Origin: Gemmatimonadales bacterium
Lineage (GTDB): Bacteria > Gemmatimonadota > Gemmatimonadetes > Gemmatimonadales > GWC2-71-9
Direction of reading: 5' to 3'
Assembly (NCBI GenBank): GCA_036379675.1
Contig: DASVGF010000051.1
Location: 1 to 54,121, forward strand
Length of the DNA stretch: 54,121 bases
Position numbers and translations under genes: made by a program. The notes beneath the pieces are model-generated. The model made no database searches. It was not told the DNA's origin and worked only from the letters and a program-made list of their open reading frames with translations. Shown here piece after piece: positions 1 through 6,824 of the stretch (its first letter is position 1; the number at the start of each line of letters is the position of its first letter).

Positions 1-3
1 GCG

Positions 4-1167
4 TTGACCCGGATGTCCACCATGGTGGCTGCCGTGGCCTGGCCCACCCGCGCTGGGACTGCCACTCTGCGTCCCGAGCCAGACGCCCTCTCTGCGGCAC
101 CAGCGCAGCATGTCCGTAGGATCGCGACCGAGGAAGCGTTCAGCATTCCTGAGGTGTCGGAGGCGCTGCGTGAAGTCGTGCGGCGGGGTGGGGCGAGCCT
201 GGATCTTAAACTCCTGCGCCTTATCTACGACCCCCCTCGAGATGCCTCACCGAATGCTCCACCAGTCGGTCCGACCGGGGTCAACCGGGATTCGCTGGCC
301 CAAACCTTACTTCCGCGCCTCCTCGACGTTGACGTGGCGCGGCTGGCCGATATGGACGCCAATGGCGTCGATATGCACCTCCTCTCGCTGGGAATGCCGG
401 GCGTCCAGATGTTCCAGAGGGACACGGCCATCGCACTGGCGCGCCTCTCAAACGATCGCTTAAGTGAAGCCGTGCGCCGTCATCCCACCCGATTTGCTGG
501 TCTGGCGAGTTTTGCTCCGCAAGATCCGCGTGCAGCAGCAAAGGAAATGGAACGGGCAATCAATATGCTCAGGCTCAACGGCTTCCTCGTCAATTCTCAT
601 ACCCAGGGCGTCTATCTTGACGAACCCCGCAGCTGGCCCATCCTCGAGGCCGCCGAGGCGCTCGGAGCACCGCTATACATTCACCCCCGCGCACCATCCG
701 ACGGCATGGCGGCCCCCTTCGGGGACTACCGCATGGAGGGGGCGATCTGGGGGTATGGTGTCGAGGCCGGGACACACGCGGTGCGCCTGATGTTGAGTGG
801 CGTCCTCGACCGGTTTCCCCGGCTTCGCGTCGTTCTTGGTCATATGGGAGAGGCCCTGCCATTCTGGCTCTGGCGACTCGATTACATGGCGGCACCGGGG
901 TCGCGCGCCGCCCTCAAGAACCAGCTCAAGCCGAGCGAATACCTTCGCCGCAACTTTGCGATCACAACCAGCGGGGTTGAGGACCCGCTCGTGCTCCGGT
1001 TCTGCATCGATAAGCTCGGCATTGAGAGCATCATGTGGGCGATCGACTATCCCTATCAGCCCACGGCGCCGGCCGTCGCCTTTCTTGAATCGGCGTCTCT
1101 ATCGGAACAGGAGCGGGCGCAGATCTCCTCTCGCAACGCCGAGCGGATCTTCCAGATCTCGGCATGA
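4..1167 (+). CDS. Amidohydrolase-2 family protein (ACMSD/LigW-like decarboxylase/hydrolase); cassette-borne; 5' end may lie off-window
   Basis: 387-aa ORF with RRIATEEAF N-terminal metal-site region, HPRAP and GHMGE motifs typical of PF04909-type amidohydrolases. Frame is open to position 1. Followed by attC at 1214. Confidence 0.7.
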   Translation: MTRMSTMVAAVAWPTRAGTATLRPEPDALSAAPAQHVRRIATEEAFSIPEVSEALREVVRRGGASLDLKLLRLIYDPPRDASPNAPPVGPTGVNRDSLAQTLLPRLLDVDVARLADMDANGVDMHLLSLGMPGVQMFQRDTAIALARLSNDRLSEAVRRHPTRFAGLASFAPQDPRAAAKEMERAINMLRLNGFLVNSHTQGVYLDEPRSWPILEAAEALGAPLYIHPRAPSDGMAAPFGDYRMEGAIWGYGVEAGTHAVRLMLSGVLDRFPRLRVVLGHMGEALPFWLWRLDYMAAPGSRAALKNQLKPSEYLRRNFAITTSGVEDPLVLRFCIDKLGIESIMWAIDYPYQPTAPAVAFLESASLSEQERAQISSRNAERIFQISA

Positions 1168-1213
1168 AGGGGCAAACGCGGCGGCACTGAGGACCGACAT
1201 CGCGCAGGCTGAT

Positions 1214-1354
1214 GCCTAACCCGCGCATGCAGCCGACGGGCCGAATGCGTCCCGGGGCTCCGCCCGGGCGCAGCGTCCCGTGAGGACGCTCCCGAACGAA
1301 GGGTTGTGTGGGCGCGAGCTCGAGGGCCCGCAGCTGATGCGCGGTCCGTTAGGC
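1214..1354 (+). repeat. attC site, long type B (141 bp)
   Basis: R'' GCCTAAC 1214-1220, R' GTTAGGC 1348-1354. Arms CCCGCGCATGCAGCCGACGGGCC / GGGCCCGCAGCTGATGCGCGG are imperfect inverted repeats. Same subtype as 2284-2425. Confidence 0.85.
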
Positions 1355-1381
1355 AGTCCCTCCGTGGAGTGAGACGCCCGT

Positions 1382-1741
1382 ATGGCCGACGAGCCGATCG
1401 CCCAACAACTGGTTACGCTCCGCAGGCTGCTCGATGAATTCGACGGCCGCCTGGCGCGCACTCCCATGGCCCCAGTGGGACTTGAGGACCTTAAGGGCAC
1501 GGTCGACACCCTGCGCACGAACATGTGGGCCATCCTCTCTGCCGGACACGGAGCTTTCGCACCGGTTCGGGTGGAACGTCTGAAGCTCCGCCGCGCCATC
1601 GAAGGCCTTAAGGCGATTCGCGCCAGCCTCACTACATCCGGGGCCGGTGCGCTCCACCCCGAGCACATCGAGCTCCAGCTCATTGCGCGGGAGCTCGCCG
1701 AACAGATCGGCAAGCTGGAGAAGTCTGGAGGGGCTACCTAA
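1382..1741 (+). CDS. Hypothetical cassette protein (119 aa, predicted helical)
   Basis: ORF starts 28 nt after R' and its TAA stop (1739-1741) sits inside R'' of the next attC. No family recognised. Overlapping minus-strand ORFs judged GC shadows. Confidence 0.6.
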   Translation: MADEPIAQQLVTLRRLLDEFDGRLARTPMAPVGLEDLKGTVDTLRTNMWAILSAGHGAFAPVRVERLKLRRAIEGLKAIRASLTTSGAGALHPEHIELQLIARELAEQIGKLEKSGGAT

Positions 1742-1837
1742 CAAGCGCATGCAGCTGGCGGGCGCTTCAATGCTAAGGAAGGTTAGATAGTGTCCAAAAC
1801 GGGCAAGTCGCCGCAGCCGATGCGCGGTCCGTTAGGC
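1736..1837 (+). repeat. attC site, type A (102 bp)
   Basis: R'' ACCTAAC 1736-1742, R' GTTAGGC 1831-1837. AAGCGCATGCAGCTGGCGG / GTCGCCGCAGCCGATGCGCGGTCC arms. Conserved loop AAGGAAGGTTAGATAGTG. Confidence 0.9.
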
Positions 1838-1851
1838 AGCCATGACCATTT

Positions 1852-2289
1852 ATGCATGCTGGCATTCTGAAGGCTTTCTTCTTGGGCCAGGCCACGGCCA
1901 CCGAGCTGTCACGGGATTTGGACGTCATTTGGGAGCCATCCGGATCCCGGTCCCGTTCTCGACGGTTCGTCTTTGAGGATCTCGACGAGGATTTCGAGAT
2001 TTATCCCGACCACCTCGTCAGGGTTTGCGACGCTGTTCTCGCAGGCGAAATCGAGGCCCCGAAGCTCGAAGGAGTGGGTGCAGCCCTGTTCACATCCGAT
2101 CACTTCACTTGGGGTGAAGAAGGTGCAGAGGCGGAGAGGGTCGCGCAAACGGTCTCCGACTGGGTAGATCCAGAGATTAACTTTGATCTAAATCTTGAAA
2201 CTACTCAGAAGTTTCGGCATCGGCTTCTTACAGGCGAACACCTTTTTACGCCGGCGGACTGGTGGATGTCGGTGCACCGGCCTGCCTAA
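1852..2289 (+). CDS. Hypothetical cassette protein (145 aa, acidic)
   Basis: ORF starts 15 nt after R'. TAA stop 2287-2289 lies inside R'' GCCTAAC. No family recognised. Confidence 0.6.
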   Translation: MHAGILKAFFLGQATATELSRDLDVIWEPSGSRSRSRRFVFEDLDEDFEIYPDHLVRVCDAVLAGEIEAPKLEGVGAALFTSDHFTWGEEGAEAERVAQTVSDWVDPEINFDLNLETTQKFRHRLLTGEHLFTPADWWMSVHRPA

Positions 2290-2425
2290 CCCGCGCATGC
2301 GGCCGACGGGCCGGAAGGGGCGCCAGCCTCCGCTCGGCCACAGCACGCCCGGAGCGCGCTACGGAACGTAGATTTGTGTGCGGGCCAGCTTGAGGGCCCG
2401 CAGCTGATGCGCCATGTCGTTAGGC
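2284..2425 (+). repeat. attC site, long type B (142 bp)
   Basis: R'' GCCTAAC 2284-2290, R' GTTAGGC 2419-2425. Left arm CCCGCGCATGCGGCCGACGGGCC and right arm GGGCCCGCAGCTGATGCGCC as in 1214-1354. Confidence 0.85.
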
Positions 2426-2433
2426 CGACTGCG

Positions 2434-2691
2434 CTATCGATACACATCGCGGCGGTGGCCGACTTTTACGACAAGCACGGCCCTCATCTGATCGTCGACG
2501 CTGTAGACGACTCGGTAGTCGCCCTGCCGGACTCGGTACTGGTCCTGGCCCGAGAGCTTCTCGCAGCCGTGCGGCCGAGGCTCCGAGGCGAGCGCCTCGA
2601 TGCGAGAGATGATCCTTCTGCGGTCTTTGATGGGAAGCGCTTCCAGCTCTTTGGCGGCGGAAGGCTTGATGAGCAAGCTATAGCTTGCCAC
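2434..2691 (-). CDS. Type II toxin, RelE/ParE family
   Basis: 85 aa. Pattern Y.L.I...A.KEL..LP......I...I..L...P.P.G..KL.G...YR.R.GDYR..Y.......V.V..VGHR..VY typical of RelE/StbE/ParE toxins. Overlaps the upstream antitoxin by 14 nt. Confidence 0.88.
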   Translation of the reverse strand: MASYSLLIKPSAAKELEALPIKDRRRIISRIEALASEPRPHGCEKLSGQDQYRVRQGDYRVVYSVDDQMRAVLVVKVGHRRDVYR

Positions 2692-2938
2692 GCCGTTTCA
2701 GATCCTTGAGGACCTCCGCGAAGGCGAGGCTCGGCTCTCCGGCACGGTCCTCAAAGGCAGCGAGGTCTTCGCTGTCCTCCGCGAGGCTCTGGCGGACGGC
2801 AACGTTGACGAGCTCTGAGAGCGAGCGCTCGGTTTCCGCCGCCTTCACGCGAAGGGCCTTATGAAGGCTCGGATCGAAATAGACGGTGGCCCGCTTCGGG
2901 GCACGCTTGCGAGTAGGCATGCCCAAAACTAACGTCAT
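2678..2938 (-). CDS. Antitoxin, ribbon-helix-helix (CopG/Arc-like)
   Basis: 86 aa. ATVYFDPSLHKALRVKAAETERSLSELVNVAVRQSL is a beta-strand-helix-helix DNA-binding signature with an acidic C-terminal tail. True start may be Met7 (2920). Confidence 0.75.
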   Translation of the reverse strand: MTLVLGMPTRKRAPKRATVYFDPSLHKALRVKAAETERSLSELVNVAVRQSLAEDSEDLAAFEDRAGEPSLAFAEVLKDLKRRGKL

Positions 2939-2952
2939 AGCGCTATAACGTC
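2930..2952 (-). promoter_or_regulatory. Candidate operator of the TA cassette (direct repeat TAACGTCA x2 around ATAGGCTAT palindrome)
   Basis: TAACGTCA at 2930-2937 and 2945-2952 flank ATAG-G-CTAT, immediately 5' of or overlapping the antitoxin start on the minus strand. RHH antitoxins autoregulate through such repeats. Confidence 0.3.
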
Positions 2953-2963
2953 AAAAGGGCAGC

Positions 2964-3065
2964 GGGCTAACAAGCGCATGCAGCCGACAGGCGCTTCAGG
3001 TCTATTGGAAAGTAGGATGGTGCGCAGGCCGGCAAGTCGCCGCAGATGATGCGCGGTCCGTTAGG
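2964..3065 (+). repeat. attC site, type A (102 bp)
   Basis: R'' GGCTAAC 2964-2970, R' GTTAGGC 3059-3065, canonical arms AAGCGCATGCAGCCGACAGG / GTCGCCGCAGATGATGCGCGGTCC. Confidence 0.9.
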
Positions 3066-3082
3066 CCGCTTCAAGGGCATCC

Positions 3083-3685
3083 ATGACCTGGGTAAAGTTC
3101 TTCGCGGCACCTGAGGATTTTCCCCCACTGCTCGAACGCTTTCTCGCCGGGGAGCGTCGTCTCTTTGAGGTTTACTCCGAGCCTGGTCACCACGCTCGCG
3201 AGTTCGCCACTCCTGCTGCCACTCGTTCTCTGTCCCTTGGCCTGGATCCCGCTGGCAGTGGCGTTGCGCTCCACCTTGGGTTGTGGGTCCCGAACGTGAT
3301 GCCAAGGCCCCACGTGCGCCGCATCGAGTTACGCGGCCCTAAATTCCCGCCCGGCAGCTGGCGGGAGACGGTCGAGGGGTGCGGTCTCTTCTGGCTTCAG
3401 ACTGGCGGCCTCTATGAAGACGCCGTTACTGCCTCCGCTATCGGCTGGTTTACGCAGCGTGCGGCTGCTCGGCAGTGCATGGTTCAGCCTGGCCCCGACA
3501 TGGTGGATTGGAAGGCTCACTGGGCCCTGGCGCAGGCGCTCAAGCGCTTCGTTCAGCAGGAGCTCGCCGCGGCGTCTGCTGGACCACACCCGGTCTTGCC
3601 GGACGCCCTCAAACGTCACCGTGACGGCAGCCGGCTCATCGCAGGTCTCGGGACCAAGCAGGAATTCCGCGTGGAAGCGGCCTAA
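3083..3685 (+). CDS. Hypothetical cassette protein (200 aa)
   Basis: Starts 18 nt after R'. TAA stop 3683-3685 lies inside R''. No family recognised. Confidence 0.6.
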   Translation: MTWVKFFAAPEDFPPLLERFLAGERRLFEVYSEPGHHAREFATPAATRSLSLGLDPAGSGVALHLGLWVPNVMPRPHVRRIELRGPKFPPGSWRETVEGCGLFWLQTGGLYEDAVTASAIGWFTQRAAARQCMVQPGPDMVDWKAHWALAQALKRFVQQELAAASAGPHPVLPDALKRHRDGSRLIAGLGTKQEFRVEAA

Positions 3686-3780
3686 CAAGCGCATGCAGCT
3701 GGCGGGCGCTCAGGTCAAAGGAACGTAGGATAGTGTCTATAGGGGGCAAGTCGCCGCAGCTGATGCGCGATCCGTTAGGC
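3680..3780 (+). repeat. attC site, type A (101 bp)
   Basis: R'' GCCTAAC 3680-3686, R' GTTAGGC 3774-3780. Loop CAGGTCAAAGGAACGTAGGATAGTG. Confidence 0.9.
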
Positions 3781-3846
3781 CGATGTCCAACCAGGTGGCT
3801 CTAATCTGGGTTTGTGCCCCAAGGAAAGGAGAGGCGACCGAGTGCC

Positions 3847-4404
3847 TTATCGGCTCCTGACGTTTGGATCAGGCTGGAACGTCACAAAGCCCCCGAGGGT
3901 CCAGCTGACTCCGCTATCGCGTGAGCGCTCGATCAATTGTTCGTACCCCGCCCCACGGGGACGCCAGGTAAGGCGTACCTGAATCGGGACGCCTCTGTCC
4001 AAGCGGGTTCGGAGGAAGCGCCACTCGGCAGCGTCCGGTCGTCCCTCGTAGACCTGGGAGTTCAGCTGGTCATCGACATAGTGCACCATCCAGCGCTGAG
4101 TGGGAGCATCGTACGCCCGTATGACCTTCGCGGTGAAGAGCACCTGGTCATCTTTGACCGCTTGCCAGTGCTCCTCGAAGGCGCAGCGACCAAACAGCGA
4201 CTGACTGTGCACCTTCATGAGGGCGTCCAACACGGTATCACGGCCGGAGACACTATAGCTGCGGCCCTGCCAGTGGCCTTGAAGGAACGCCATAGTCTTG
4301 GCAAGCGAGTCGGCGCACGCGGGCGTGGGTGAGGATTGCGCGTGGGCGGCGCCGCCGACAGTGGAGAGTAGCGCGAGGAGAAGAAGCGCGACCGAGGGAC
4401 GCAT
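3847..4404 (-). CDS. Secreted protein of unknown function (reverse-oriented cassette ORF)
   Basis: Met at 4404 gives MRPSVALLLLALLSTVGGAAHAQ, a signal peptide with an AHA-Q cleavage site. The longer 217-aa ORF start is unlikely. Orientation is opposite to the array. Confidence 0.6.
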   Translation of the reverse strand: MRPSVALLLLALLSTVGGAAHAQSSPTPACADSLAKTMAFLQGHWQGRSYSVSGRDTVLDALMKVHSQSLFGRCAFEEHWQAVKDDQVLFTAKVIRAYDAPTQRWMVHYVDDQLNSQVYEGRPDAAEWRFLRTRLDRGVPIQVRLTWRPRGAGYEQLIERSRDSGVSWTLGGFVTFQPDPNVRSR

Positions 4405-4469
4405 GGGAACTCGTGGGAGAGCTTCCCCCTCTACGGCCCAGCATGGGATAAAGTTTCGTGGGCTGCACG

Positions 4470-4495
4470 GCCTAACCCGCGCAACCAGCGGTGCA
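4470..4495 (+). repeat. attC remnant (left half only, type B-like)
   Basis: GCCTAACCCGCGCA is identical to the first 14 nt of the type B sites. No matching right arm or GTTRRRY before the next ORF. Confidence 0.5.
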
Positions 4496-4520
4496 TTCAA
4501 CTCGGAGCAGACTCGTCGCG

Positions 4521-5081
4521 ATGGGACTCTTGACCTTCAGCATCAACGTCACCCTCGACGGTTGCGTCGACCACCGGGAGGGAATCGCCGACGACGAGAC
4601 ACACGATTTCTTCACCCGTCTCATGAACGAGCGAGGGGCGATGCTGTGGGGTCGTGTCACCTACGAGATGATGGAGAGCTACTGGCCGGCGGTCGCTCGC
4701 GGCGACGAGAAGGCGCCGCCGGCGATGCGCGAGTGGGCGGTCAAGCTTGAGGCCAAGCCGAAGTACGTCGTTTCGTCGACGCGAACGGACTTCCCGTGGA
4801 CCAACAGCCACCGCATTGTCGGCGACTTGCGCACGAGCGTGCAGAAGCTCAAAGACGCTACCCCTGCCGGCGTGCTCCTCGGTAGCGGTAAGCTGGCGAC
4901 CGAGCTGGACCGGCTGGAGCTGATCGACGAGTACAGGTTTCTCCTCCACCCCAGGGTCGCCGGTCACGGACCGACCCTGTACCAGAGCGGGCTGCCCAGC
5001 ACGCGACGGCTCGAGTTGGTCTCGGCGACGCCGCTCCGCAATGGCGCCGTCGCTATGCACTACCGACGCGGGCGCGGTTAA
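4521..5081 (+). CDS. Dihydrofolate reductase family protein (RibD C-terminal domain type)
   Basis: MGLLTFSINVTLDG... start, GRVTYE, KYVVSST and LLGSG motifs typical of PF01872 reductases. TAA stop 5079-5081 lies inside R'' of a short attC. Confidence 0.75.
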   Translation: MGLLTFSINVTLDGCVDHREGIADDETHDFFTRLMNERGAMLWGRVTYEMMESYWPAVARGDEKAPPAMREWAVKLEAKPKYVVSSTRTDFPWTNSHRIVGDLRTSVQKLKDATPAGVLLGSGKLATELDRLELIDEYRFLLHPRVAGHGPTLYQSGLPSTRRLELVSATPLRNGAVAMHYRRGRG

Positions 5082-5139
5082 CAACGGGTTGCAGCGGACG
5101 GTCCACCCCGCAGCCCGCCGCTGAGCCCGGGCGTTAGGC
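5076..5139 (+). repeat. attC site, short type C (64 bp)
   Basis: GGTTAAC 5076-5082 ... GTTAGGC 5133-5139. Arms AACGGGTTGCAGCGG / CCGCTGAGCCCGGGCGTT pair imperfectly. Sequence is unrelated to types A and B. Confidence 0.7.
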
Positions 5140-5203
5140 GGCTACGAAACCAATTTAGGAATCCACATGGGCCTCTCTCTGGCTGTCAGAAGGGCGGCCT
5201 TCG

Positions 5204-5533
5204 GTGCAACGGTCTTGTCCCTGCTGGGCTCGAGCGGCCCAACTCCACAGCGACGATTTTCAACTGATCAACCCCCTGGGCGGAGTGCTGTCGAAAGAGC
5301 AGTACCTAGGCGGCATCGGCTCCGGGCAGATTCACTATTTGTATTGGGAACCTGAAGCAATCGCGGTCCGAGTGTATGGCGACGCTGCGGTGATCCGATA
5401 TCGGTCACAGCTGGAAATCGTCGTCCAGGGTCATCACATCCCGCGCCAGCAGTACTGGCATACTGACCTTTATGAGCGGCATGGCGCAGAGTGGCGAGTC
5501 GTGTGGTCGCATGCGACCGCGGCCCCGTCTTGA
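5204..5533 (+). CDS. SnoaL-like / DUF4440 (NTF2-fold) protein, possibly 5'-truncated
   Basis: LHSDDFQLINPLG..L.KEQYL..I.SG.......E......VRVYGDAAVIRYR ... WRVVWSHAT matches the DUF4440 pattern. Only ~109 aa from a GTG start, so the N-terminal helix appears short. Confidence 0.6.
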   Translation: MQRSCPCWARAAQLHSDDFQLINPLGGVLSKEQYLGGIGSGQIHYLYWEPEAIAVRVYGDAAVIRYRSQLEIVVQGHHIPRQQYWHTDLYERHGAEWRVVWSHATAAPS

Positions 5534-5553
5534 GGACGGGCTCGCGGATCACC

Positions 5554-5654
5554 GTCTAACACGCGCATGCAGCTGATGGCCGCTTCAGGTTTAGGGCACG
5601 TCGAATAGTGCGCAGGCTGAGGAGTCGCCGCAGCTGATGCGCAATCCGTTGGGT
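5554..5654 (+). repeat. attC site, type A (101 bp), R' GTTGGGT
   Basis: R'' GTCTAAC 5554-5560, R' GTTGGGT 5648-5654, arms ACGCGCATGCAGCTGATGG / GTCGCCGCAGCTGATGCGCAATCC. Confidence 0.85.
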
Positions 5655-5676
5655 GGTCGCATTTAGGATTAGACCG

Positions 5677-6129
5677 ATGTGGCCCTGCCGCGTTATATGC
5701 ATCCTCGCACTAAGCGCCTGCGCGCGGCAGCCAGAGCCCGAAACTAGCCCTGCGCTCACCTCCCACGGAGCCGCAGCACTAGCGGTGCTCCAGCGGGGCG
5801 ACTCGGGCAATGGTCCCTTGATCGTGGTCACCACAAAGCCCGTCCCACTCTTGGAGCAGGATCTCTCCGTGTTGGCGGCCGATAGTGTATGGCTGTGGCA
5901 ATCCGATAACCCATATGGCGGACAGCGTCGTTTCTCGGTGCTGCCAGATTCTTACTACGTGCTGCTGGACTTGCGGGAGATCGGGAACTCAGGTGATACC
6001 GCCTGGACCTTTACTGCCATGCTGGAGCGGTGTCCGGGATGGCCATGCCACGAGGAATACAGAATCCGGGTACGGCGGGATAGCGCTGGCTTCGTTCCTG
6101 ATTGGGTCCGGCTGCTGACCATAGAGTGA
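5677..6129 (+). CDS. Lipoprotein of unknown function
   Basis: MWPCRVICILALSAC has a lipobox LSAC. ATG at 5677 chosen over the GTG at 5653, which overlaps R'. Confidence 0.65.
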   Translation: MWPCRVICILALSACARQPEPETSPALTSHGAAALAVLQRGDSGNGPLIVVTTKPVPLLEQDLSVLAADSVWLWQSDNPYGGQRRFSVLPDSYYVLLDLREIGNSGDTAWTFTAMLERCPGWPCHEEYRIRVRRDSAGFVPDWVRLLTIE

Positions 6130-6137
6130 TTTTGGCC

Positions 6138-6235
6138 CCCTAACAGACGCACGCAGCTGGCGGCGCTTCACTCCAAGGAACGTTAGATAGTCCGCGAGCA
6201 GCCCTATCGCTGCAGCTGATGCGCGAGCCGCCGGG
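6138..6235 (+). repeat. attC site, type A, with mutated crossover box (GCCGGGC instead of GTTAGGC)
   Basis: R'' CCCTAAC 6138-6144. Right arm CGCTGCAGCTGATGCGCGAGCC is followed by GCCGGGC (6229-6235) where GTTRRRY is expected. Confidence 0.75.
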
Positions 6236-6256
6236 CCGACAGGATACAGGAGCAAC

Positions 6257-6760
6257 GTGCATACGGGTCGGATAAAGTACAGCTTCTTGATCGCGGCTCT
6301 CCTTGCGTGTCATCACCGTAAGGAATATGAGCGCGACTCAGTCGCGCCGGTCCGTTATCGTGGCCCCCCAGTGCCATCCAGTTCCCCATCGGCGAGCAGG
6401 ACTACAGGAGCGTTGGTGGGCGCGGTTTATGATTGCGGGGGGCACCCACTGGCTGCCGTGCTATTGAACGCGCGTCGCTATGGGGTCGATTCAGAGAGCG
6501 CCCCTGACAGCCTCGCTCAGCTTGTGGATTCAACCTTTGCAACCACTCCCCTCAGACCAGGAAGGTGGGATCTCACCTTTCGTGCGCTCGGTTACGCGAC
6601 TCGCTCGATCGCGGTAACTATTGATTCAGGTGCCATCGATACCCTGATGGTCCAGTTGAATGAGAGTTCGCTCGCAATCGGCGATTGCGTTTGCGCCAAC
6701 GGGGACTTCGGGTCGCAGTGCTGTAAGCCGGTGATCACGCGCGTGTGCGATGTTCCATAA
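6257..6760 (+). CDS. Lipoprotein with carboxypeptidase-regulatory-like (CarboxypepD_reg) beta-sandwich domain
   Basis: LIAALLAC lipobox. GALVGAVYDCGGHPLAAVLL...LRPGRWDLTFRALGYATRSIAVTI resembles the CarboxypepD_reg fold pattern. GTG start. Confidence 0.55.
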   Translation: MHTGRIKYSFLIAALLACHHRKEYERDSVAPVRYRGPPVPSSSPSASRTTGALVGAVYDCGGHPLAAVLLNARRYGVDSESAPDSLAQLVDSTFATTPLRPGRWDLTFRALGYATRSIAVTIDSGAIDTLMVQLNESSLAIGDCVCANGDFGSQCCKPVITRVCDVP

Positions 6761-6798
6761 AACGTCTGGGTGCGATTACGGGGTCGGGAAGCGCTGCG

Positions 6799-6815
6799 GC
6801 CCAACAAGCACACCG
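6799..6815 (+). repeat. Possible attC left-half remnant between two ORFs
   Basis: GCCCAACAAGCACACCG compared with consensus GCCTAACAAGCGCATGC (13/17). No right half. Confidence 0.3.
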
Positions 6816-6824
6816 TCACCTCCC

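Noticed and set aside
5140-5210. Frameshift joining ORF 5167-5355 (frame 1, with AGGA RBS and ATG) to the DUF4440 ORF (frame 2).
   Set aside because: The frame-1 peptide does not convincingly match the missing N-terminal helix of DUF4440. It is mentioned only as something to check.
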